Source of the DNA: Cenococcum geophilum
Taxonomy: Eukaryota
Length of the DNA stretch: 64,000 bases
NCBI GenBank assembly: GCA_050273025.1
Contig: CP158635.1
Span: 32,364,001 to 32,428,000 of the forward strand
Direction of reading: 5' to 3'
Shown: positions 51,313 through 62,936 of the stretch, piece by piece
How the letters are laid out: every line of letters begins with the position of its first letter
How positions within the stretch are numbered: position 1 is the first letter of the stretch
Notes under the pieces: model-generated
Told to the model about the DNA's origin: nothing
Seen by the model: only the letters and a program-made list of their open reading frames with translations
Databases searched by the model: none
Program-made: the position numbers and the translations under genes

Positions 51313-53129
51313 ACGTGTTTCACCAGTCATTTGTTAACACTAGTTATTTAACACCCCACCAACCACCAAGACGCGTCTTCGTACGATTAATCCACTACAA
51401 CGCCTTTAATTAAATTAAAAATATATCTAATTACATTCTTTTAGATCTGGATATGTACGAATTATATGGCCTTAAATATGACAGTTACTGCATGTCCTTG
51501 GTGCGCGTTATCATATAACAGTTTCCTTATTCTAATTGGCCTCTTAATTCCTATTTTCTCTCTCCTGGATTAAAAACTGGCCTTATTAAGCCTGTAAAAC
51601 GCCACCGTGTGCAATATACTAACGACGGTACTACTGTTTTCGTTTTTGACGTTAATTAGCCGTACGAAGCTCAGTATTTTCCTTTGCAAGTATTACTGCC
51701 GAATATATCGCCATCTGACATCCTTTAATAAGCCGATTCATTGCTTAACCTATTGGACTCTAAGACGTACGTTAAAGAAGCGTACGAAGAAGCTTCTCCT
51801 ACAGTTTAAGCTTGGTAAAATTATAAGGCGTTTCTAACGTCCACAGAGGTACTTCTCCATTCGCTGTACCTAGTAGAGGGGGTGTCTTTATAATGGTAAG
51901 CGACGATAAAATATATTGAGGATCGTATGGGATAAGTCCTATAGCTCGGAAGCCACTCTTAATATTCTAATCCGTAAAGACGGACGGACGGATACTTAAA
52001 TAGATTATTAAGAAGTTATCCTTATCGATGTAATAGATTCCTTAACGAATGAGCTACTAGACCTCTTAACCGTATAAGCGCTTTAACGGGGAAAAGTAGC
52101 TAACGTCAAGTAGCTAGAGAAGATGCAATGTATGCGGAGGCATATAGAGCGTAATAATATTGTTCGTACAATAGTATTAATCGAATTCAGGTGTTGCATG
52201 ACTGCCGTAACCATCTAGAATAAGTAGACGATACGTCCCCTTCGTACGAGACTCTATATGGGTATTAAAGTGCTTAATCCATTTAAATCCTAGTTAATCT
52301 GTCGTCCAGCCGTTATCGCTTATAGTAATTACCTAGTTATCCGGAATCTGTCGATACTAGTTTAATTAATAAACCTTTCCAGCTAGGATTACGAAGGGCG
52401 GAATCGCCCAGCCAGTAGCGTTAATTCCCTTAATCACTGTTATCCATTCACGGTTTCCTGGTTGTATAACAATTGCCTGGCCGACTGTATTAGAGCTTGT
52501 AACCACCTTTAATGTTACAATAACCCCCATTATAAATCCCGTCTCGTTAAAATTATAGGAATCATTATCAAGAATGCCGTACGACTGACGCGTCTCCTGG
52601 ACGAGCTTAAACCACGCGTTAATTATGTCTGGATCCTCGCATTTAGCCCGCTGTAAGTAAAACTTTCGATTCCACTTTATTTTTAGCTAAGGTTGGCTAT
52701 TAATAAAGCATGAAGCCCAGTTCTTTCCGAGCGGTAGTAGTAGTGGATTCGTTCCGCGCTCCGCGAGTAAAGTATCTACCATTCTTCGTATGTTAATAAT
52801 ATAAGGGGGAAATCCGCGTTAATTAAGGTCTAGAATCCACTGAACTAAGGCCTGCTCTTCAGAAGACTTTAACTTTCGTTTTTAAGTATTGGATTCGCTA
52901 AGTAGTATACGCCCGTGAAGACGTTCTCAAAGGCTCGTTCTAGGGATATCGTACAAGGTTGCAGCCCTTAAAAGACTTAAAAATTAATTCTTTTAAAAGG
53001 CCTGCTTAGCAAGAAGTAGTCGAGCCTCTTTTTGAGGTAATTGATCAGGTTATGTTGATGTCATTATTGTTTTCGTGCGCAGACGCGTCTTGGTGGTTGG
53101 TGGGGTGTCGAATGACTGGTGAAACACGT
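51313..53129 (-). mobile_element. Fot1/pogo-family DNA transposon, 1817 bp, with a RIP-damaged transposase (ATG ~53064)
   Basis: TA TSD. TIRs ACGTGTTTCACCAGTCATT...ACACCCCACCAACCACCAAGACGCGTCT. Motifs YNFNETGF (=YNFDETGF), LILDGYGSH and SSHLL*LLDV (=QPLDV). Confidence 0.95.
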
Positions 53130-56100
53130 TAACCTAATTAATCTTTAGATTGTATTTCTATAACTAAGGCATTCCTAATACTGCCTTATTATTCCCTAAT
53201 AGTAATATATTAAAAGATATCTTAATCTATCTCCCTTTAATAGTTAGCTAAATAGGTCCTGTTTTAAGATTAATAATACCTCCTCTATAGGCTATTAGAT
53301 CTCCTAAAATTGTTACTAATAGATAAGGGTGCTCCTTTTTCCTATATAGTAATTCCATTCTTTTAACTACTGCTAGTAATATATAGTTCCTTATTACTCT
53401 ACTATCTATTAATGCTTTAAACTGTTAATCTTACTACTTAACTTATAAATTTAGATATTATCCTTAAATTCCCTTAAGGGTCTAAGGCTCTACTACTAGC
53501 TCCCTCTAGTCCTATGGGCCTCTACTTTTCCCAATTATTAGCTACTTAATTCTGTTTATACTTAGTCTACTTTTAGCTAATACTTAGTTCGCTTTTTATC
53601 TTTAATATACTATAGACATATATTTTCTAGGTATTCCCACCACTATTATCTATCTAGGCATTTTTCCATAAGGAATCTTCCTAGTTAAAGTATTAAGTCC
53701 CCTAGGCTTTATACTTCTATTAGGTGCTAACTATATATATACTTAGTATTTCTATATTTCGCCTTATCTAATAACCAGTATATCCTTATTAGGTACTTCC
53801 GGTTCTTATTTTTTAGTACTCTATATATATTATACGTATTATCTATATATATAATCTATACCAATATATAGTATACTTAGTGTTTTAGGTTAACTCTTAG
53901 CTCGTCTTTATCCTTAAGTTTAAACCTTTCTTATATTAATCTAAGCGTTGCGACTTTATTTATAGGTACTATAATTTGCCTTTTACTTCTCTAGTCCTCT
54001 AATTACTCCTCTAGATTTTTTAACGTTATAATTAAGGCCCCTTTAATATAATTTATAGCCTTCTCTATAATCGGGTAGTTTTAGATAACTTTCTCATCCA
54101 ACCACATATAGAAATCTTCCTACTTATCGTTATATCTTTGTCTATACTACTTTTAATATAATCCCTTAAGTATATACGGCTCGTCTATAAGAAAGTATCT
54201 TTTTATTACTGTGTTATAATAGCCCTTTATATATCGTTCTTTGAATTTAATTAGAATCCCTAGATCCTCTTCTTATTCTAGTTTAATAAGCCACTCAGCT
54301 CTTAGTATGCCTATCCTAGGCCTATTAGTAATTCTTTATATAGGTGCTCTGTCCCTTATACGTCCTAGTATACTAAATCGCTTGTTTAGCTTCTATTCTT
54401 ACTATAAGGTAATTCTCGCTTAGAATTCCTCTATAGTTTCTTTCTTTTCGCGTCTTATAAGTAGATCCTTAAAGTCTTCTTGCTTTTTAATCTTATTAAT
54501 AGTCCTTATTCGTGTCTTAAAGTCTTAGTTTTATAGAATTCTCAATCCTAAGCTTACTTCTATCTTAAGCTTTACTTCTACCTTAGTCCGACTAGGCTTA
54601 GGTATTCTTATCTTATCTTAAGAGTCTTAAATCTCACTTATCTCGTCTTAAGAATCTTATACCTATAGAAAACTCTATCCTAAGCTTATTCGTATATCTT
54701 TAAACTAAGCTATTACTCTACTTTATCGGTTATTGTCCGTTATAGGTCCTTAAGCTTACCTTATCTTATCTTAAGAGTCTTAATCGTCTCTAATCTTATC
54801 TTAAGAATCTTAAGCCTTTAGCCTTTTGCTTTTATCAAGTGCCAAAATAGCTCACTATCCTACTTCTTTTACGTCTTATAAAGCGATAGACATCGTATCT
54901 AGTAGGGTCTTAATCCCTACTAATGTTCCCTATTCTGTAGTAGAATTATCCTCTACCTCTTATATAATATCTTTAAGGTTTATATACTTCTAGTAAGCTG
55001 CCTTTATTACCTTATCGTTATAAAATATTTTGCCTACGTTAAATTTATCGTCCTTAATATCCGATCTGCGAACTAGTTTATTAGTTCCTTTATATTCCGC
55101 TAAATATAGCTCCTATAGCCAATAGCTTACGCCATACTTAGCGTTTTTATAAATTTGGTATACGTTATTATAACAAGACGCAAAACTTCTAATTAAACAC
55201 TCTTTTGTTCCCGTAGTACGCTGTTATTCCTCTATATATATACATCCTCTACTATTAGTCTGGCTCCCTTTATTATATAATAACTCTAACCATCTTTATA
55301 ATCCCTCGCGAAGTAACCTTATTTTCCGCAATTTATATAAGCTCTATCTTTAAATTATTAACTTTGCTATAGAGTCCGCCTAAACGTTTTTTACTACTAA
55401 GATCCCTGGTTTAGCCTCCGCTCCTTAGTCCTATAATTACTAAATTCTTAACCTTTAGGTTTCTATAGTCGTTCTTTAAACTATCTCTTTTCTTTAGTAC
55501 TACTTAGGTTTATTAGCTCTACGCTATACTATAGTTTCTAATTTAGCTTTAGTTATTGCGTACTTTACGTCTTATATAACTATAGAACTCTATCCTAACC
55601 TCTCTTAGCCTGTTCCCTTTAGTAGATCTAATTATTAATCTTAATTACTTAATCTATTAGTTCTCGTAGTGTATCCGCATCTTCTATTAGGATAATTACG
55701 TCCTAGACTTTAGCCTTAAGTCCCTATTTATACTTTGCTATAAACGCCTTATTATTCCATTTAACTTATATTGCTAGCGTCTGGAACTGCGTTATATACT
55801 TAATTGCTAAGGTTCGTTGCGTAATATCTTAGAGTTTTCTTTCCGCTATAGTTACCGCCTCTAGGTCTCTAAACATTTATATAAGTTACTCTATAAACCC
55901 TTCCTAACTTAAGAATATAAACCGCACCTCTTAATTAGTGGTTGTTATTCTATTTGCCTATATTTCTATAAGGTAAAGCTTAAACTACTTAAGTGCTCTT
56001 CCTAATAGGAATAGTCCCGTATATGCTATTCGATCTATAGGTATTAGTAGCTTTACCCCTTCTTATATAACTTTAAAGTGTATTTAGGTAAGAAACCCCT

Positions 56101-59100
56101 TAAGCTTTAATCTTTCTCCTAAGTACCTCTTAATTAATAGTAATTTAATCTTTGCCGCTCTAATCCTATTAACCCTTTTTTCTAACACTGCATTATTTGT
56201 TATTAACTAGTTAACTATCTCTTGTAGTTATCTAACTATTACAGGTTACTATAAGTTAGTATTTACCATACTAGTATTACCTGACCTTAAAGTAGTTGCC
56301 GCCGTCAATGGCGTTATAGTGGCTGCTTTTAGTGGCATATTATTTAACTTTCTGTATTTAATACTATAACTAGGTAGTAATTATATAACGGAACCTTATA
56401 GCAGGAACTACAGTGGGCTTATTATTAGGCTAGGTATATAGGTAATGCAAGTATAAAAGTTAATAATGTAATAATAACTGGTAGAGTGGTTACCTAACAG
56501 ATTAACTCTAATTGTATTCTAAGAATCACTATAAGGAAGGAACTATCTAGGTAGAGACTAAGAGTCCTTAAATACACAACCGTACTCCTATGAAATCCTT
56601 CTTATACATAATATATATATACTCTATCTGCTCTATTACGGATCCTATAGATTATATAGATTATATAGATTATATTATATGACCTTATTTACCATTCCTC
56701 GTTATATGGTTCTATCGGCTCCATCCTAAACCGTGCCTAAATTAACCAACTAGCTTCCTCCGACTCTTCTCCAAGTAGTTATAATATTGTACTTAAAGCG
56801 TCCGTAACAGTCTTATTGCTTTTATTAAACGATAATTCTAATTTATCTTAGAGATCCTATATTTAATAGATATTAATAATTTCCAATATTTAGTTAGTTC
56901 TTACTTAGAGTATATTTGCTAGATCTAGCTATAAGTTATTATAAAGTAACCACTTATTAAACTTTATATCTCCTATTCTAATAACCTTTTTCTAACTAGA
57001 AATATAGATTCGGAATATATTTATTAAATTATACCCTACTAGATATCTTATATAGGCCCTTAGCGCGAGCTTATTTAGGTATAGAATATTATATTTAAAA
57101 GGGTAGGCCCTACAGCCGTAGACTTATAGGTGGCCTATATTTAATTTTAGTAGTAATATACCTATAGCTAACTAGATTCTTTTAAAAGACGTCTACTACC
57201 CAAGTCTTCTACTAGGCGTTTAATTAAGTAAATAGGCAGCTGCTTTATAAGCTTTAGAATATAGCTCCTCTAGTAAATAGGCCTTAATTCTTATACACCG
57301 AGCCTTCTATATAATTACCCCCCTAGATTATTCTACTAGACCATTCTATAATTAAGTATTAGGTGCTAATCTTTTAAAACTAATTCCTTATTTAGCTGCC
57401 TATTTCTTAAATTTGCCTATAAAAGACGTCTCTCTATTTATATAGATAATGGCTACCTTAAAGCTATATCGTCGTTCGATAATATTACAATATTTAATAA
57501 CAATTTGGGTAAGGGACGACTTTTTAGCTATCGTCTCTACCTTATTTATTTATATCGCGTTATTAAGGAAGTATACTACGTACTTATTACTATTAAATAT
57601 AACTATTCCGGGTATTAAATTAAGGTAGATTTTATAGAAAGGAACCAGTAACTAAGTTAAAGGTCTTTTAGATACCACCTTATAAGCTTTACTTACTCTA
57701 TACAATTTATATTCTACCATTATTAGGCCTTTTATAATCGCGCCCGTTACTAACTAAGGTAGTTACTTAATCGCGTCTTTTCCTATATAGCTTAATTACT
57801 AGTGCTATATATAGCCTTCTACCTAATTTAGCAGAGGCTTTAATAAATGCTTTATTAGCTTTAATTGAGTTGCAAATAAAGCCTTAGGTAAGTCACTTTT
57901 TGGCTTATTATATTTAATAGTGTTCTAACTACAGTGGCGGCTATAGTAGGCGTACGTCTTGTCGTCGCTATAGAAGAAAGTGTTCTCTTTATTATTCTAG
58001 TAAGCTTCCTTATTATTAAGCTTATTAAGATATACTAAGTTAGTATAAAAGCCTAGTATAAAGGCTGCTCCTAAGAGCTATATCTACCTTTTCCCTTTTA
58101 GGTTATTAATTGTAACTATAGCTATACTATAGCCTACGATTTCTTCTATATGCGAGCCTATGTAGACACGTTTTAATATAGGCTTAATATCGCTAATAAA
58201 CCTAGCTCTATTATTAAAGACGTGTAGGCTAGTTTCTAAGTTAAGAATTACACTATTACAAAGCTTGTAATTAGAAGCTGTATTATTAGATCCTATATAA
58301 TAAACTATAAAGTTTCTATAGGGCTCTTAAGAGCTCTACTAGTTGCCATCCTTTGGCTTTTTGTTAGCTTAATTATCCTTTTTAATTTACTTAATATAAG
58401 CCTTAATTTCGGGTTTTATATTAGCGATCTTCTTATCTACCTTCTTCTAAATTTTGTTACTTAGTTTAAACCACAATAGGCAAGGAATCGACTCTACGAT
58501 ATACTAGCACTTATTAAAGTAGTGACGTTTTCCATATAGGTACTCTAGTAGTGATTACCTTTTCTTCTTCTACTTATCTACTAATAATTAAGGTTTTAAA
58601 TTCAGTAACTTGTCTTTAAAGGTGACTCTAAAGGATCCTCTTTATGGGGTTTTGCCCTTCTAGGCGAGGTCCATACAACAGTGGTTTTAGTATATTTTTA
58701 CCAGTTTAAAGAAAATAGAAAGCTTCTTCTTCTCCTACTTACGCTTATTAAGCTTATTCTTCCAATATTTTAACTAGCTTAGCGTAATTAATTTAACTAC
58801 GTACGTAAAGTCTTTTACTAAATAATTACTATCTACCTTAGGTAGAGCTTGCTCCTTATACTTAGTATATACCTTCTCCTACTTTTATAATTAAACCTTA
58901 AAGTTCTGGTTTCAAGGCGCCTTCTTAAGCCTTATATATTAGGTAGCTATTTAAAGCTTTTAGGCGTAGTTAGTTAGAGTAATTCTCTTCTTAAAAGATA
59001 CCAAGATGTTATAGGTAGTAGTGCATTTAAACATATAGATAAGGTAGGTATATAAGATAAAGCTTAAAATATGGCTGCATAACGTATTAAGAGCTAACAG

Positions 59101-59503
59101 CTGTTTTCTATATAGCTTTATATTGTCCCTATAATTGGCTTTAAGCATATAGAGCTTTTTCTTCTTCTCCTTATCTAGGTCCGCGAGCTTTGTCTTCCCC
59201 TAGCTATTAGTATCCTTAAATAAGGCACAAATAGGTTCTTTAAGCTGTAGCAGATTGGTCTTAGGTGTTAATAGGTTAATATACTTCTAGAAGCGATTAT
59301 TATTTACTTCTAACTTAATAACCTTAATCTATTCGTCCTAATTATTTAGGCTTATAAGGATAACAAATGATATAATAACGGAAGGGGTTTCTTGTTAAGA
59401 AGTTATTATAGGTAGTTATCTATAATTAAGATAATGATTAAAATTAATGGGAATAAAGGCTTTGGAATTAAAGATGATGTAGTAGACGGCCTAGGCTTAT
59501 AAC

Positions 59504-59764
59504 TGTTAAACGGACGATCAGGAATAAGAACTCTGTTTATTAAAGAGGGCTCTAGAAGCTCTCTTATATACATTAGGTAGGTCCAAATACAATAACGACG
59601 ATGTCGTTATGTAGTAGGTCATAGTTTAAGAGAAACAGGTAATAAGACGTTTGATAAGATATATAAGCTTAAGATACGAGATAACTGAGACATAGTTCGT
59701 ATAGACGATCTAGGTCGTTAGACAGTATTACGATAGTAGTAAGGAACTTTGATTTAGGTCGACA
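59504..59764 (-). repeat. 5' LTR of Copia family D (261 bp)
   Basis: TGTTAAAC...GTCGACA. Matches 24677-24774 plus 30662-30824, differing by transitions. Confidence 0.93.
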
Positions 59765-60448
59765 CAATTATTATATAATGGAAGTTAATGGCTGAATTTA
59801 TGGTAAGGTAGGGCCAAATCTAATAAATTAAAACTGGTTATACTGATTTTGGTGGAGGTACCTAATAATATTATCAAAAGTCTAACCATTGTTAGTTATA
59901 CCAAAAAAAGCATAATTAGGGTGTGTAGATTGTAATACTAAATGTATCATTATATGCCCGGTATCGTATTAAGGAGTTTTGCCTATAGTGTTGAAAATTG
60001 AAAATTTCCTAAATTTAATTTATGTAGAGTAGTTAAGTAAGATATCAAAGCACGTGAGGTATTGCTAAGAGAGATATGACCGTATCTGGAATAGGCTGGG
60101 TAAATCCTGCAGAGAACTTTCGTTCTACGAATGAGCTTCAAGTGTGCGTATTACCCCTGCGCGGATCATCTATAAACTGACTAGCACGATGCAAGAGCAG
60201 GGCCTAGCAGCTGACTCCGAAGGGCCCTTGTGAGTGCTCAGCTGTTATTGGGTCGTTTCTTAAGCTCTGCCGCCTTCTCGCTAGTTGTTATAACCTGCGA
60301 GATCTCCCTCCTCTAATCTATAGCCTTTTCTTCTACACCTTTGAACATCTTTACCGTCTAGTGTAATATTATATACTTAGATACCACATACACTCGAGTC
60401 ACTATTTCTCAGTAATTATTGCTCAGCACTTCTCATATCACAGTAGCT

Positions 60449-62017
60449 ATGGCATTAGTAGGGCAGAGGAAATACGTATCTTCCCCCCAGGAGTGGGAAG
60501 ACATATATGAGCGGTTTCTCAGCCTTTATGAGACATGCGAACTTAAAGAAGTCGTAGAAAAACTGAAAAGTCACGGTTTCTATGCAACGTAGGCACTCGC
60601 TCGCTAGAGATTAAAATGTGCCTAGACTACTAATGGGTTTACGCAGCGACAATCAATACAAAAAACAAATAACTAAGTGGCAAAAGGAAAGAAAGTTGCC
60701 TCCAAAGCATATCAAGCGCTCAGAATCGGAATTCATGATTCAGAAACGCAGGCAGCGAGAGTCAGAAGGACAGAAAGATACCCTCTTTCTTTACAATGGC
60801 TGGAAGATGCCCAACGAGAAAATCAATCACTTGAAGAACCGTTACCACATGGACGACTCTCTTCCGACCTCTCCACCTGGTAAGTCTATTGTCGCAAGAG
60901 CTTCAGAAAGGTTCAATGCTAACTGAATATACTAGAAACACCTTGCTGCATTAGCCACCATACTCCTTCGATCTCTCATGAATCAACACCAGAGGCAGTC
61001 AACCTGGCACCTTTCAGATCTTATAGCATTTCATTCGAACGGCCGTGGGAACACTTCGTTGCTCAGATGATTCTTAATCACAATGTCGACTTCACTATTC
61101 GAATCGAACAGAACAAAAAACCAGATCCAATGTCATTAGCAGCACAGGCCTCCTCAGGTTCTGCGTTGCATAGGGTTTTTAAGCAGTTTCGGGAGATGCC
61201 AACGGGTGCGTCTGTATTGAAGTTGCCTCCTCTACCTTCTTCCGTCGTCCAGCCTTCCTTACTATCCCTACTTGAGGATCAAAGCTTGATCCATGGGATC
61301 CCCCAGGGGGTTCTTCACCAATTATCACATGTCGCTAGGCATTATCCATCGTCGCCTCCGGATAGCGATTTCGAAATAGATCTTCTCACCTCTCGAATGA
61401 AGTGGGCACTCAATCTAAACGAGCCTCATTCAGATACTAAGTCTGATTTTGATGTGCTAAAGTCACAAAATACAGGCACAGAAGACATGTTTGAGTTTAT
61501 TCAAGATCTCCCAGCCTCTTATCGCTCGCAGAAGTTAAGTAGTAAAGCGGAGGAGATCCACCACTATTTTGCGGCAGTCAAATCCAAATGGGTGACGCAA
61601 ACCCCCAGCTCAATAAAAATTGCCGTCATTCGGCGAGGTTCATGGCAACTAGTTCGTCTACTATTGCGCTTATGCGAGTCTAATGGGGGTGCCACATTCA
61701 TCGACATTTGGACCCTTCTCAGATTAACTCGTGTCATATTCCAGAGCTACGCCCCTGCCTCCACAGGAACAGAGCGGGTGCAGATGATAGGCAGATTGGG
61801 CAAAGCGGATGCTATTCTTGTAGATATATTCGAAAACCTCACGGCCCTCACCAAAGCCCTCGGCCCCGACACAGAGACCTGCCACTGCTCCTTAGTGTAT
61901 TGTGTAAGCCGCTCTCAACGCCCTGCTTCGCTGAAGTCAATGCTGATCATATGTATAATATCAGTGCAGGTGTGGCATGGGACCATACAACCTAAAAATC
62001 CATACAGGGTGTGTTGA
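60449..62017 (+). CDS. Clr5-domain-containing protein; exons 60449-60588, 60647-60879 and 60936-62017 (possible in-frame intron 61904-61969; 3' end uncertain)
   Basis: N-terminal EWEDIYERFLSLY...LKEVVEKLKSHGFYAT|DNQYKKQITKW matches the Clr5 domain pattern. Two GT-AG introns with CTAAT/CTAAC branch sites join the ORFs in frame. Confidence 0.8.
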
Positions 62018-62205
62018 TTGTGCTAGCCATGACTTTTACCCCTCTTGCATATCCTATAACTGCTGTGACTCAAATGATGCATGGCGGGCAGTGCGCCATG
62101 CGCAAGGCGTGCTTCTTCCGGGAATCTCAGGATTTTAAGTCCTAAATTGTTATTATTTTGTATTAACGGAGTCCCTAATATATAAATATATACTCTTATC
62201 TTTAG

Positions 62206-62936
62206 CAGTGTAAGAGATGGATGGATTGGATCTAGATCCAAATCCAGTTAGCCTTAAATCCATTAAATCCATCGGATCTGGGTTGAGATCCAAACTTTAT
62301 CCATACCCAGGCTTCAATTTTGCCGTATATTAAGCCAATTCTGGCAATTTTTGCCACTTACATAATATAACGGCCCAGTGTGGTTTTTAGTATAATCTAA
62401 CTACAGCTGTTTGCTAAGCTCTACCGCAACTATCCACTAAGTTCCACCGCAACTGTCTACTAAGTTCCACCGTAACTCTCCACCAAGTTCCACCGCAACT
62501 ATCCACTAAGTTCTACTGTAACTATCTACTAAGTTCCACCGTAACTGTCTACTGAGTTCCACCACAACTGTTTATTAAGTTTTACTATAATCTACGGACC
62601 CTAACTTCTACTAACTAATTAGGATTTTCCATACCCGGTATAGAAAATCGCTATTAACTTACTACTAGCGCCTTAGCGGCACTTGTGAGGATTACTTAAA
62701 TTTATAACCTCCGCCTCTTAGACCTAATTAACTTTAAAGGAGTTAACTTTATAGGCTTAAGTGGAGTTATATTAAGTCTTAAATTAATAATCTTATTCTT
62801 ATTCTAGGAGTAGAGATATAAAGTTGTCTAGATTGTACTCTACTTAAGGTAGTTATAGCGTTTTATAATTATCTAGCTAAAACGGCTAAAGATACATTCT
62901 GGCTTATTACTTATAGCTAGAATTAATAGAAAATTA
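62206..62936. mobile_element. Possible left end of a second hAT-like element (CAGTGT terminus, GGAT/ATCC subterminal repeats); right end not seen
   Basis: CAGTGTAAGAGATGGATGGATTGGATC... is followed by many ATCC motifs, a minisatellite and RIPed sequence. No partner TIR in the window. Confidence 0.35.
62414..62590. repeat. 23-bp minisatellite (CTAAGTTCCACCGCAACTGTCCA-like), ~8 copies
   Basis: Directly visible tandem units differing mostly by transitions. Confidence 0.9.

Larger units (their letters stand above)
41239..56809 (-). mobile_element. Ty3/Gypsy chromovirus (family B, copy B2) with a nested LINE and a Fot1/pogo element
   Basis: LTRs 41239-41664 and 56384-56809. Perfect TSD GTCTT (41234-41238 / 56810-56814). 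Colinear with B1 once 42061-48017 and 51313-53131 are removed. Confidence 0.95.
24677..59764 (-). mobile_element. Ty1/Copia element (family D, ~5.3 kb native) expanded to 35 kb by nested insertions
   Basis: LTRs 59504-59764 and 24677-30824 (the latter split by a LINE). TSD CAATT/TAATT. PBS-like GTTATAAGCC (minus strand) at ~59494-59503 and PPT at ~30825. Host segments 30825-31194 (RNase H), 39173-39940 and 40264-41238 (RT; FFYVNNI=YVDD), and 56815-59503 (gag, protease, integrase). Confidence 0.92.

Noticed and set aside
24606..59148. Scattered 60-95-aa Leu/Ile/Tyr-rich ORFs
   Set aside because: Random open frames in RIP-mutated transposon sequence.
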